UHGV virus genome: UHGV-1372970
DNA length: 64,000 nucleotides
Reading direction: 5' to 3' (one strand)
From: a virus
Position 1 is the stretch's first letter, and every line of letters begins with the position of its first letter. Under the pieces are notes generated by a model. It saw only the letters and a list, made by a program, of their open reading frames with translations, searched no databases and was not told the origin of the DNA. A program made the position numbers and the translations under genes. Positions 1 through 9,347 of this stretch are shown in pieces.

Positions 1-438
1 GGCGCGTGCTGGGAGTCGAGGATCTCATCAGACTCAGGCGCAATTGGCATCGGGTCGGAAACCGGAATGAATTTCTGGATGAACTCTTCGACAGGTCGAG
101 CAAATACTTCACCAGTCTCTGAGTTGCGATAGACCACAACACGCTCAAACCCCTTTTTGGTAGTGCGCTCATTGGCTACACAGATCATGTCGTAGCGTAT
201 GCCGGTGTGATGCTGCCAGTTGATAGTGAAGTCAATCACCGGACGGAACACGAGGTCCACTTCAGCTTGATAGCGGTCAAACCAAATCGTTTTATGACCT
301 TCTTCAATGACATCCACACCCATCGCTACGCCTTCGTCTGAGATAGCCTTAATGGAGCAATTCACCCACTGAGGGTTGTCAGACGCATTGTGAATAAACT
401 GGCAGCGCATACCTGCGTGTAGCTCTAAATAGTTCATG
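1..438 (-). CDS. Hypothetical early protein, 5'-partial in window. Hand-translated N-terminus MNYLELHAGMRCQFIHNASDNPQW...; ORF continues past window start.
   Basis: Reverse-strand ORF read by hand from the sequence. cat start at about 436-438 is preceded by the conserved early leader gttttcctttg. Confidence 0.4.
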
Positions 439-889
439 TGTTTTCCTTTGTTTTGTTTACTTCTGCATTAACCGCTTCGGCGTAAATGTCGACGAGGACG
501 GTGGGTTTCTTCGTTTCAGTTTTTGGCAAGAGTCTGGTTCCAAAAGAGGCGTTACGTTGATGACGCTCTGCGCTTTTCGAAGAAAATCTCTCGATCTCAT
601 CTCTCACTTTACGCATCTCTTCGAGGCCATTGATGTAGTAAATCCGCTCCCCTGACTTCACTTCTTCAAGCATCATTTTGACTGCCTGGCATTTGCCAGC
701 ACGGATGGCCGCGGCACAGTCTGCGAATGAGCCTGGCGGCAGTCGTTTCTCTTTAAACGCCAGAACAGTGTGCTGGCATACTGAGTAAGAGACGCGAGCC
801 GCGCTCTTACTAACGCGCACTTCTTCGCATGACATTGAATAGCTGTTACTGCCGCCGATAGACGGGAATTTACTGAAATCAGTTTTCAT
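434..889 (-). CDS. Hypothetical protein, 151 aa
   Basis: ORF track. TAAGTA-type palindrome (agtaaatgtttact, about 903-916) lies just upstream of its start. Confidence 0.45.
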   Translation of the reverse strand: MKTDFSKFPSIGGSNSYSMSCEEVRVSKSAARVSYSVCQHTVLAFKEKRLPPGSFADCAAAIRAGKCQAVKMMLEEVKSGERIYYINGLEEMRKVRDEIERFSSKSAERHQRNASFGTRLLPKTETKKPTVLVDIYAEAVNAEVNKTKENT

Positions 890-975
890 GGCGTTTCTTA
901 TAGTAAATGTTTACTTATTATTGCGCCAGTTTAAAGCTCTGGCGCAGGCATGAAAGTTTTTTTTAGCGGGAGTTG

Positions 976-1953
976 TTACCAGGAACCCCAGAGAGGGTTT
1001 TTTGCGATGAGGGCGTTGACCTCTGCGTTTCTAATGGCTTCACGGACGTGAGCAAGGGCATAGCTCTTACCTTCCGCAATCGCAGAAGATTTATTGTAAC
1101 CTTGGCGTGTGATGATATTGCTCGGCTTCGTAAAAAGACCACCGAAGCTCTTGGACACTGCCTTAACAGCTTCCAGCTCGACCATGTCGCCATCGACTTC
1201 CCACAGTAGCTGCCGGTCGATGCTTTCGTTGAAACGCGTCTTCGCTGAAGCACTATTATTGGCGAATATCAAATCGACAATCCCAGGTGGCGAATTGAGA
1301 CTGAATGACCGTGAGTAAGTTGGGGCCTCGAACACGCTCATTGTCGATGCGGTTGTGGCTTTTAATTCTTCGTCACTAACGACAGGCGGTATTTCAGGCA
1401 TCACAGCCACGACTCTCGTCAGCGACATTTCCACCGACCGAAGAATCTCTGCATGGTCTGGTGATGACAGCGCACTAGATACGCTCATGAATTTTGCGAA
1501 GTTCTTTACCGCGTTGCTGCCCACGTATTGCTCATAATCTTCTGCCTTAATCATCACTGATCGCTCATAGACAGAGATTGCTGGTCGTGGTCTGCTCATC
1601 AGAAATACGCCCTGATACACCTTCGCCTTGAGATAGTCCTCGGACACGTCGGACAAATCGACGATCACATAAATCTCAAAATTGCGGTCGATAGTAACGG
1701 TCGATGAAACGTAAATCCACGGCTCGTCTTTCGTCGCGATGGTTACGGGCATTTTGAGGTCGATGCGCTTTGCACCTTCCTCACACGCCTTTTGGATTAT
1801 CTTCTCGATGTCCTGACCGTTAAATACATCCCCCGCATCAGCTACCGCCTTTCTGACAGCATCATCAATGCTCTTGATTAACATGTGCTCTCCTTTGTTT
1901 TTTGTGGATCTTATACAAAATAATAAGTAAATGCTTATCTTTTTGTCGGTCAA
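976..1953 (-). CDS. Hypothetical protein in the replication module, 325 aa
   Basis: ORF track. Start is translationally coupled with the primase stop (overlap 1950-1953). Confidence 0.45.
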   Translation of the reverse strand: MTDKKISIYLLFCIRSTKNKGEHMLIKSIDDAVRKAVADAGDVFNGQDIEKIIQKACEEGAKRIDLKMPVTIATKDEPWIYVSSTVTIDRNFEIYVIVDLSDVSEDYLKAKVYQGVFLMSRPRPAISVYERSVMIKAEDYEQYVGSNAVKNFAKFMSVSSALSSPDHAEILRSVEMSLTRVVAVMPEIPPVVSDEELKATTASTMSVFEAPTYSRSFSLNSPPGIVDLIFANNSASAKTRFNESIDRQLLWEVDGDMVELEAVKAVSKSFGGLFTKPSNIITRQGYNKSSAIAEGKSYALAHVREAIRNAEVNALIAKNPLWGSW

Positions 1954-3065
1954 AGCAGTGCTTTAATCCCGTGGAGTTTCGCCATCATTTCGAGCATTTT
2001 GGTGTATGGCTTCGCTCGATAGTACGCTTTGAGAACCTGCTCAACCGTTGCGTCGCCTGGGTCCAGTCCTTCCTCCCCAAGACACGCGATCTTCACCCGC
2101 AATCCGATACCAACCAATCGCCTGGCTGCTCCGAATGTGTTGTGTATTGCCTGCTTCTCGGAGTCCCACATCATGACGACGGTTTCAAGCCCCTGCTGCT
2201 TCAGCTTGAGGAATGCACCCAGCTGATCGTCAGCATCCCCATCGAGCGTGCCGGATAAGTGCATACCGAACGTTCCTACCGGCTCTACAAACTCTCTCAG
2301 CGTCTCTTCCTCAAAAAGCGCACGCTTGATACCCATAACGTCGAAAGCCCCCTCAGAAACGATTACAGTGCGTTTCCCGATGGCGTTGTGTCCGTTGTAG
2401 AGGAACTTGCCCGATGCTGGTAGCGATATTGGGAAGAGATAGCGTCGATCTGACTCGCCAGTGATGTCACGTCCCTGGTACGTGCGCATCTTCCCGTCCA
2501 GATCATAAATTGGTATCAGGATACGCATATCGAAGGATTGAATGTGCGGCCGGCCATTACGTTCATCGAGATAGACGTGTGTGCCTTCCACGCAGTATCG
2601 CAGGTCAAAATAGCTGGCCAACTCCGGGGAAATGACACGCTCAACGAGGTATGTGGGTAACTGGCCTTCGATTGGCAGCTGGTAATGCGGCGGAAGGATT
2701 ACTTCAGAAGTCAGTTCGACATCGGACTTCAGCTCGACCTCTTCCTCTTTCGGGCGCCAGCCCTGCTGCATCAGCTCGTTCCGAATGTAACGCTCAACGC
2801 CGCGCCACGTTTCGCCGGTGTGGTATTTGATAAAGCTCAGCTTGTTAAACTGGACTTCCTCGGGATGATCACCCGCGAAGCACTTTCCCAGACCGGTTGT
2901 CAGATTGAAGTAAACCTTCCACTTACTGCTTTTACAGCATGGGCATTCACGGATGTTAACTTCCCGGCCTTTGGCTGTCCTTGAGCCACGTCGATATGAG
3001 ATGCCTTCAGTATCAAGCCACTGCTCAAAGTCGAACTCTTCTAATAGCTCTTTTAAATCTGACAT
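1950..3065 (-). CDS. DNA primase (N-terminal zinc-ribbon plus TOPRIM domain)
   Basis: N-terminal CPCCKSSKW...GKCFAGDH zinc-binding motif. TOPRIM-like acidic motif TVIVSEGAFDVMG and later DSEKQ. Sits directly downstream of the DnaB-type helicase gene. Confidence 0.7.
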   Translation of the reverse strand: MSDLKELLEEFDFEQWLDTEGISYRRGSRTAKGREVNIRECPCCKSSKWKVYFNLTTGLGKCFAGDHPEEVQFNKLSFIKYHTGETWRGVERYIRNELMQQGWRPKEEEVELKSDVELTSEVILPPHYQLPIEGQLPTYLVERVISPELASYFDLRYCVEGTHVYLDERNGRPHIQSFDMRILIPIYDLDGKMRTYQGRDITGESDRRYLFPISLPASGKFLYNGHNAIGKRTVIVSEGAFDVMGIKRALFEEETLREFVEPVGTFGMHLSGTLDGDADDQLGAFLKLKQQGLETVVMMWDSEKQAIHNTFGAARRLVGIGLRVKIACLGEEGLDPGDATVEQVLKAYYRAKPYTKMLEMMAKLHGIKALL

Positions 3066-3200
3066 GTGATAAACCTTGCATTTGACCGGCCATCAATTAA
3101 TATGGCCGTACATGTGTTTTCTTTTGTTGTTTTAACAACAAAGAAAACTTGAATTTCTGATTTGAAATTAAGGCGGTCCGTTTTGGAACGCCTTTATTTT

Positions 3201-4562
3201 TTAAAGCACGTCAATAATCCGCTTGATAAACCGCATCTGCTCCAGATCCTGAAGAACCCGTAGACTTATCCCGCCTTTCTGGTTACGTGAACCAGCAAAG
3301 AACAAACGAGCTTCGCCTTTAGCCTCTTCCTCTTCGGTTTTGTTGATAGAGATAATCAGGTCACAGATACGCACTTTCTCGATGTTATCCGCGGCGTGCA
3401 TCATCGTTGCTACTTCCGCCGCACCACCTTCGCGGTTGGTCTGGGATGCTGTCATACCGGCTACATCGTGCTTATCCATAACAGCACGCAAATCGGTATA
3501 GATGTCCTTCACATCAGTCCGAGGGTCTTTAGTCGGTGTAGTGGCTCGCATCAGGTCGGCGTAATCGACGATGACCATGTCTGGTATCATGCCGTTTGCT
3601 TTCATGTTGTTTAACAGGCGATCCAGGTCTGCAGGTGAGAATGTGTTGGCGCGACGCTCAACAATCCACATATCACCAATTTTTCCATCAGCACCAACGG
3701 CACGCAGCTTTTCCGCAATGTCATCACGACGCTCGATCAGCTTTGACATTTCCGTTTCAGAGATACGGGCGTCCCAGCGATCTGAAAGGATGTCTTTATG
3801 TACCTCCAGTGAGACATACAGGACGTTATGACCTTTCAGCGTGGCATTGATGCCGAACTCACCCATGGCCGTCGATTTACCAGACTTCGCGAAGCCCATA
3901 AACAGCACCAGCTCTTTACGCCCCCAGCCTTTCTGGTGGAGCATTTTATCCAGCAATGGGATGCCGGTTGTGATGCTATTCGGGATGTAGTCGTCTGACG
4001 CTTCATACTCACGACGCTCGTGACGTTCACCTGAGCGCTCATAGAAGCTGTAAACATCATCCATATCGGACGCGCCAACCAGATCCACCTTCTGCATGAC
4101 CTGCATCGCTCGTTCGAACTCGCCTTTCTCCTTCAGCTCTGCTGCCTTGATAAACGCATCATCGAAAGCAACCGAACGCGCGAATGTCACAACACGGTCA
4201 ATCATATAGCCTGTGTCTTCCAGCTTTTCGCCAAGGATTCGCTTTATCGCATCGACGATTTCAGGCACGAACTCTTCCCGGATTTTCCCGCGCTTTTTCG
4301 CTTCCTTAATCATGTCGATGATGTACTCCTTCGACGGCGAACTTTTGTACGAACGGAAATAGCCGGCGACGACGTTAACCAGATACCCGTTTGCTTTGTT
4401 GGAGAATTGCTCAGGCAGGACGAGATCCCCGGCACGCATCAGGAACTCTCTGTCGCGGCAGTAGTACGCAGCCAGGCGGTCTTCAAACCCAGCGTCGAAC
4501 TCTTCAGAAAGCGCTCGACCTGTGTGGACAGGAGTTTCAAGCGCTGAAGAGGTAGTGGTCAT
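3201..4562 (-). CDS. DnaB-family replicative DNA helicase
   Basis: Walker A GFAKSGKST. RecA-like C-terminal domain with Walker B MVIVDYADLM and a DnaB-like N-terminal domain. 453 aa. Confidence 0.85.
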   Translation of the reverse strand: MTTTSSALETPVHTGRALSEEFDAGFEDRLAAYYCRDREFLMRAGDLVLPEQFSNKANGYLVNVVAGYFRSYKSSPSKEYIIDMIKEAKKRGKIREEFVPEIVDAIKRILGEKLEDTGYMIDRVVTFARSVAFDDAFIKAAELKEKGEFERAMQVMQKVDLVGASDMDDVYSFYERSGERHERREYEASDDYIPNSITTGIPLLDKMLHQKGWGRKELVLFMGFAKSGKSTAMGEFGINATLKGHNVLYVSLEVHKDILSDRWDARISETEMSKLIERRDDIAEKLRAVGADGKIGDMWIVERRANTFSPADLDRLLNNMKANGMIPDMVIVDYADLMRATTPTKDPRTDVKDIYTDLRAVMDKHDVAGMTASQTNREGGAAEVATMMHAADNIEKVRICDLIISINKTEEEEAKGEARLFFAGSRNQKGGISLRVLQDLEQMRFIKRIIDVL

Positions 4563-4600
4563 GTGCTTTCCTTATTGTTTTAAACAACTTGTTTTCTAAA

Positions 4601-5347
4601 TTATGATTCGTCTTCGTAGGCGCTCAAATACAGATCTCTCGCGTCTTCAATCAGGCTGGGATAGCGTTTCGCGGCCACTACTTCAGGTATCAGCTTTCGT
4701 AGGTATACGGCTGACAGGAGGCCATTCACGCGAGAGGATGGTTTCATCGCATCGATGTGCCGGATAACCCACATGCAGTAATCTTTCTGCATTTCCGGGG
4801 CCACCAGCTGCGGCATGTTGTGATAGCTGAAGATACTATCGTCGATGCGGATCTGTGAGCGACGGGCCAGTTTCTGCTCGAATATCTCGACAAGGTCGTC
4901 TTGCCAAAGATGCTGGGGTCGTGGGAGATTCGCCCATAGACGCTGCGCCGCGATGCTGAGTACCGTTGAGATGTAATAGTCATACGAACAGCAATACTTA
5001 TCCGCAAACTGACGAGCACGCCAAAGGGACGTCTTAACGCCCATTCCGTGATCCTGATACGCAACACGCTTCAGACCAATGCGGTATGGTGCTCGCTGGA
5101 AGTCTTCGCGGCCGTGCGTGAGCATGATGCGTGCGTACTCGACCTTATAGATTTCAGAGAACAGGCAGGTAGCGACCAGTGGGTGCATGTTGCGGTAGTC
5201 GAACCACTTCGTCGCAAACAGTTCAGTCTCACCGGCGCAGCGGGACAGTCCAATGTTCTCGGATACCCACCTGTCCATGTCGGAGGTCGACATCTCTCGC
5301 ATGAACTTGTACTTCTCGCCGTCTGGTGTGTTTAATAATCGCTCCAT
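4601..5347 (-). CDS. Hypothetical protein, 248 aa (possibly a helicase loader or replication accessory protein)
   Basis: ORF track; no recognisable motif. Position is immediately downstream of the helicase. Confidence 0.4.
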   Translation of the reverse strand: MERLLNTPDGEKYKFMREMSTSDMDRWVSENIGLSRCAGETELFATKWFDYRNMHPLVATCLFSEIYKVEYARIMLTHGREDFQRAPYRIGLKRVAYQDHGMGVKTSLWRARQFADKYCCSYDYYISTVLSIAAQRLWANLPRPQHLWQDDLVEIFEQKLARRSQIRIDDSIFSYHNMPQLVAPEMQKDYCMWVIRHIDAMKPSSRVNGLLSAVYLRKLIPEVVAAKRYPSLIEDARDLYLSAYEDES

Positions 5348-5675
5348 GTCTAAATAAGCTCTTACTTACTACTTGACACAGATGATAAACGCTGGCGTGG
5401 GGTTTTGAAAGCGGAAAAGACAGGTTGTTTAGGGGGTTGGGTGAGGCTTGAACCGGAACCTTATAGAGATTCCTTCGTACCCCATAATATTTAAAAACAA
5501 AAGAGAGATATATAATAACTACCAGAGCAAGGTCTTTTAATAACACCCCAGACACAAAGAATAAGGCGCCAAAAGCGCCTTATTCTGTTGGTATTCTGGT
5601 GCTTTAATTAACCTGGCTCCAGATAGTATTTAAAGCTCTTTTTAAAATCTTTTAATTAAGGGGTACAAGCCGATG

Positions 5676-6050
5676 TTACTGCTCCAGCTCACGGCGAATT
5701 TGTTCGCCGCGCATCTCAGCTTCAGAGGCTGGTGTTTCGCGAAGTACGGCGATGGTTTCCGCGATCTGCTTAGGTGACTCGCTTGCCAGATTCATGATGG
5801 CGGCGCGAATGACGTCAGAGCGAGTAAAGCGGTTCCAGCGGTCGACGTTCTCCATGACAGAGATAAGGCTGATGAACTCGTCTTCGATGCTCATTGTGCG
5901 GCTTTTGATGCTGGACTTCCCGCGGGTAGGCCGACCCTGCGGGCGTACAGGTGAACGCATTGGCGAATTAGAGGCTTTTGCTTCAGTATCCTGAACTGGT
6001 TGCTCTTCAACAGTACGCTTGGCGAGATCGCCCATTTTTCCCATTTTCAT
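5676..6050 (-). CDS. Small ParA partner protein (ParG/RHH-like putative centromere-binding protein). Basic disordered N-terminus, helical C-terminus.
   Basis: 124 aa. Begins 5 nt after the ParA stop. N-terminus is rich in P/R/K. C-terminal segment ...FTRSDVIRAAIMNLA... resembles ribbon-helix-helix partners of type Ib ParA proteins. Confidence 0.35.
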   Translation of the reverse strand: MKMGKMGDLAKRTVEEQPVQDTEAKASNSPMRSPVRPQGRPTRGKSSIKSRTMSIEDEFISLISVMENVDRWNRFTRSDVIRAAIMNLASESPKQIAETIAVLRETPASEAEMRGEQIRRELEQ

Positions 6051-6054
6051 GACA

Positions 6055-6756
6055 CTAACCCTCTAAACTAATAAGATAATCAACTAACTCTTCAATTTCG
6101 TCTTCAGCTTTCTTGTCTCGTTCTTTGCCTTTCATTTCAAAAACAGAGCGACCAGCCTCTTCCGCATCGTCGTAGATATTTCGGTTGTAGATGTTAACTG
6201 GCACTGGCTCGATACCAAACGACTCGATAATTTCTTTTGATGCGAGTATGCGAGACACCTGGGATGGAAGCGATGGACATTGGTTCATCACTACGCGGAT
6301 CTGAACCTCTGGGTTCTCGGCTTTAACGCTCTCAAGGACCGGGTCGATGTCGCGCAAGGACTTCAGGTCCCTGCGTTTAGGCCGAAGAGGTATCAGTATG
6401 GCGTCAGCTATCAGCATGGCCTCACGCTGTATTTCAGAATCGAAACCGCCGGCGTCAACTACGATGTATTCATAACGACCGTTGAGCGATTGAAGGTGTT
6501 TGATTATTTCGTTGCCGACGAAGGCAAAAGGGAGCAGTTCGAGTTTCTTGTTGCCGCGACGATCCTCACACCAGGTTGTCGTAGTACGCTGGATGTCGAT
6601 ATCGGTGACGTGAACCTTCTTCTTCTTTTTGAGCTGCAAACAGGCTGCTACCTGCTGGGCGATGGTGGACTTACCCGGTCCGCCCTTCGTCCCACCAACT
6701 ATGATGAGTCTGGTATCCATTGTTTCGCCTTGTACTGTTTGTAGTTTTGAAAACAA
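6055..6756 (-). CDS. ParA/MinD-family ATPase (type Ib partition-like). True start is probably the internal Met at about 6720 (MDTRLIIVGGTKGG...).
   Basis: Deviant Walker A GGTKGGPGKST. The first codon of the tracked ORF is TTG inside the upstream operator palindrome. An internal ATG with SD AAGG lies at about 6718-6720. Confidence 0.8.
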   Translation of the reverse strand: MFSKLQTVQGETMDTRLIIVGGTKGGPGKSTIAQQVAACLQLKKKKKVHVTDIDIQRTTTTWCEDRRGNKKLELLPFAFVGNEIIKHLQSLNGRYEYIVVDAGGFDSEIQREAMLIADAILIPLRPKRRDLKSLRDIDPVLESVKAENPEVQIRVVMNQCPSLPSQVSRILASKEIIESFGIEPVPVNIYNRNIYDDAEEAGRSVFEMKGKERDKKAEDEIEELVDYLISLEG

Positions 6757-6767
6757 AATGTTTTCTT
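6747..6767. promoter_or_regulatory. Early-type palindromic operator TTGAAAACAAAATGTTTTCTT upstream of parA
   Basis: Perfect 7+3+7 inverted repeat GAAAACA-AAA-TGTTTTC. Member of the dispersed AAACAAnTTGTTT family. Confidence 0.5.
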
Positions 6768-7027
6768 ATATGCCTTATAGCCTAAAGCTCACCGCTCAAA
6801 TATTCAACCAAATGTTGAGTTTTAGTGGTGGCAAGTATATAGTAAGATTTGTACGGAGAACTCCCGTACAATTTACTAGTGCAAACCGTAGAGTTTGCTA
6901 AAAAAGGAGTTTATCCAGTCGGCGCTTGTCGACTTGGTAAGATTCTGTTTTTTTAGGTATTCCCTAACCAGAACATTATCCACTCGTTAGCCAAGATGCA
7001 TTAGAAGCGGCGAGTAACGAGGTTGTT

Positions 7028-7300
7028 ATGCCCACTTTGAAAAAAGAACGTATCGATATACGACTGACCGATGAAGCTAAGTCAGTCATTGAGGAAGCGG
7101 CGATCTTGTCCAATCTAAGCGTGAGCCAGTTTGTGATAAGTAGCGCAGCAGAAAGAGCCACAGAGGTGATTGAGCAGCATCGCAGAATCGTTTTGTGCGA
7201 AGATTCCTGGAAATTGGTGATGGATGCCATCAACAACCCAGATCAACCGAATGACAGAATGAAACGAGCTGCTGAGCGCCTTAAAAATTTAAGGACCTGA
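7028..7300 (+). CDS. DUF1778/RHH-type antitoxin (TacA-like)
   Basis: 90 aa. Characteristic ...DIRLTDEAKSVIEEAAILSNLSVSQFV... ribbon-helix-helix. Stop codon lies 4 nt before the GNAT toxin start. Confidence 0.75.
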   Translation: MPTLKKERIDIRLTDEAKSVIEEAAILSNLSVSQFVISSAAERATEVIEQHRRIVLCEDSWKLVMDAINNPDQPNDRMKRAAERLKNLRT

Positions 7301-7304
7301 TAGC

Positions 7305-7823
7305 GTGAACACGTATGATATTGAACCAATACAGAAAGATTTTCCATACGACATTAGCTCCTTCGACTGCGGTAACGAGGCGCTAAATTTATTCCTGTCA
7401 GAACATCTTCAAAGACAGGACGAAAAGCAGATTCTGCGTGGATACGTATATCTTGAGTATGGATCTGGCTTACCAAAAGTGCTTGGCTTCTTTACTTTGG
7501 CCGGTGGGTCGTTTGAGAGAAGCCGATTTCCGTCCAAAAGCCAGCAGAAGAAAATTCCTTACACTAATACCCCATGCATAATCTTAGGGCGACTGGCTGT
7601 TGACAAAACAATCCAGCGACAAGGTATCGGGGAAATGCTGGTAGTCAAGGCTGCTAAAATAGTTCTCCAATCCGCTAACGCAATAGGTCTTCACGGTATG
7701 TTTGTTGATGCGAAAAATGATGATGCCTGTAAATTTTATGAGAATTTAGGGTTTACTAGGTTGATTGGTGATAATGAAAACCTATTCTTTTACCCTACAT
7801 CCAAAATTGCACAGCTCCCATAA
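7305..7823 (+). CDS. GNAT acetyltransferase toxin (TacT/AtaT/KacT-like)
   Basis: GTG start. GNAT motif A (QRQGIGEMLV), ...KFYENLGF... and the size (172 aa) fit aminoacyl-tRNA-acetylating TA toxins. Adjacent to the DUF1778 antitoxin. Confidence 0.75.
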   Translation: MNTYDIEPIQKDFPYDISSFDCGNEALNLFLSEHLQRQDEKQILRGYVYLEYGSGLPKVLGFFTLAGGSFERSRFPSKSQQKKIPYTNTPCIILGRLAVDKTIQRQGIGEMLVVKAAKIVLQSANAIGLHGMFVDAKNDDACKFYENLGFTRLIGDNENLFFYPTSKIAQLP

Positions 7824-7953
7824 AGTCTTTTAATTTACGACGGCTCTGGTGGCTACGAGTGAACAGTTTTACAAAATAATGAATTTACATCAAATTTACG
7901 TGCATTTCTTTGAAAGTAAAATTATCTAAAAGTGTTACTGAAAGGGGGCAACT

Positions 7954-8163
7954 GTGGCAACAACGGTGTATTTTGAAGAAACTATCTTGGATCAGGGAGG
8001 CGACCTGTCAATGGAATTAGAAATTGGTCGCTCTTCATTCTACCCTGAAGACAGCATTTACATTATTGTCGATGGCAAAACCGTAATAATGGACAGAAGC
8101 ACGGCCAAGAGATTTGTTGAGTCCATTGTTTCTCTCGGCCACTATCATGGCATGATTGAGTAA
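7954..8163 (+). CDS. Hypothetical small protein, 69 aa
   Basis: ORF track only. Confidence 0.3.
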   Translation: MATTVYFEETILDQGGDLSMELEIGRSSFYPEDSIYIIVDGKTVIMDRSTAKRFVESIVSLGHYHGMIE

Positions 8164-8194
8164 AGATTAAACTTTCTATATTAATTCAATACAT

Positions 8195-8229
8195 AAAAAA
8201 CGCCCCTAAGCGATTTTGGGGCGTTTTTA
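8195..8229. terminator. Bidirectional rho-independent terminator (aaaacgcccc-taagcgatt-ttggggcgtttt)
   Basis: GC-rich hairpin flanked by A-run and T-run. Lies between convergent genes at 7954-8163(+) and 8232-8465(-). Confidence 0.55.
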
Positions 8230-8231
8230 CT

Positions 8232-8465
8232 TTAGCTGGTGCGATTACGTTGACCCCATCCACAAACACGCTCACCGATGACATCATGCGCCAGAATCTG
8301 TCGTTTACTTTCCTGAGTCAGTGAGTCCTCTCTTGAAACGTAAATAGGGCTGGCTAAATCACAAAATAGCAAACCTTCAGGTTGTCTAGTCTCGCATCCA
8401 GTGAGCGGCAAGCTCAGCGTCAACAACGCTATCACCCATGCGCCTAACCTTACTCGTCGCTTCAT
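8232..8465 (-). CDS. o-spanin-like outer-membrane lipoprotein, embedded in a different frame with the i-spanin
   Basis: Signal peptide plus lipobox LPLTGC. Overlaps 8386-8637 in another frame, the classic Rz/Rz1 arrangement. Confidence 0.5.
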   Translation of the reverse strand: MKRRVRLGAWVIALLTLSLPLTGCETRQPEGLLFCDLASPIYVSREDSLTQESKRQILAHDVIGERVCGWGQRNRTS

Positions 8466-8637
8466 TTTTCATCTCTACTGTCGCCTGAAGACGTTTATTT
8501 TCTTCACGCTGATTTTTAATTTCAGCCGCACGACGAGCAGAGCGACCGCCTAAAATGTATGCCCCAAGGAGTACCGCAATGACGGCCGTAGCCGTCATCA
8601 CGAACGCTTTGACATGGGCGATTAAGCCTTCAATCAT
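8386..8637 (-). CDS. i-spanin (Rz-like): N-terminal transmembrane helix plus coiled coil
   Basis: 83 aa. N-terminal hydrophobic helix ATAVIAVLLGAYILGG followed by a charged coiled-coil segment. Sits directly after the endolysin. Confidence 0.55.
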   Translation of the reverse strand: MIEGLIAHVKAFVMTATAVIAVLLGAYILGGRSARRAAEIKNQREENKRLQATVEMKNEATSKVRRMGDSVVDAELAAHWMRD

Positions 8638-9347
8638 TGCGCCACACCTCGCTGATACTTCCGAACCTGGGAAATAGCAATGAATACCGCCACCGCAATT
8701 GTGGCAATACCGAACACAATGCGGATCGTATCGCCACTGGTCATATTCCCTTGAGCCTTATCCATCGCCGCGCTGATCTGCGGAGCGGCGTCAGCCAGCT
8801 GCGCCAGGCCAATGCCTGCCGTCATCGTTGCGCCGGCTGTTTCCTTAGTGACAGGAATTGAGCCTGTTTTCTTAACCGGCTTCACGACACCAGCGCGACG
8901 GAGGCCTTCCTCGATCACATCCAGGTTGTACCAGGTGTTCTCAGTACGTAGTGGGCCTTTGCCGTTTTCATGGCGAATAATCGCCTCCACGGTCGGTCGC
9001 ATGATTTCGTACTGATGGAGGTCGATTTCCATATCCGGGGAGACGCCTACCGCTTTAGCGACAGCTTGAACATAGGCTTCGGTGTCGTTTTCACTCGGCG
9101 GCGCCCATCGTTCAACGACCTCGCGGATCGTGTCGATGCGAGAACCGTCCTTCGCCTTCCGCTTGTCGTGGTAGGTGATGAGTGTGACGGCCAGCGCACG
9201 CACACCCCACGTTGGATCTTTGAAGGTGGCAAAGCGAGGCTCTGCCGGGTTGTTAACCAGACCTTGCCACGGATTCGTGTTATCAAGGTTGCCTGGGTTG
9301 TTGTTGCGTATTCCTCTTGGAGTCATCCTTTTCCCCTTAGTTTCCAA
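8634..9347 (-). CDS. Putative endolysin/muramidase with a C-terminal transmembrane anchor
   Basis: 237 aa. N-terminal GIRNNNPGNL...W motif that I recall from phage lysozyme-like lysins (unverified recollection). C-terminal hydrophobic helix IVFGIATIAVAVFIAI. Position between holin and spanins. Confidence 0.45.
   Translation of the reverse strand: METKGKRMTPRGIRNNNPGNLDNTNPWQGLVNNPAEPRFATFKDPTWGVRALAVTLITYHDKRKAKDGSRIDTIREVVERWAPPSENDTEAYVQAVAKAVGVSPDMEIDLHQYEIMRPTVEAIIRHENGKGPLRTENTWYNLDVIEEGLRRAGVVKPVKKTGSIPVTKETAGATMTAGIGLAQLADAAPQISAAMDKAQGNMTSGDTIRIVFGIATIAVAVFIAISQVRKYQRGVAQ

Noticed and set aside
5348-5675. AT-rich 328-bp gap downstream of the ParA partner as a possible centromere (parS-like) site
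   Set aside because: No direct or inverted repeat array could be found. It contains only a GC hairpin terminator (aataaggcgccaaaagcgccttatt, about 5565-5590). Centromere more likely upstream of parA, if present at all.
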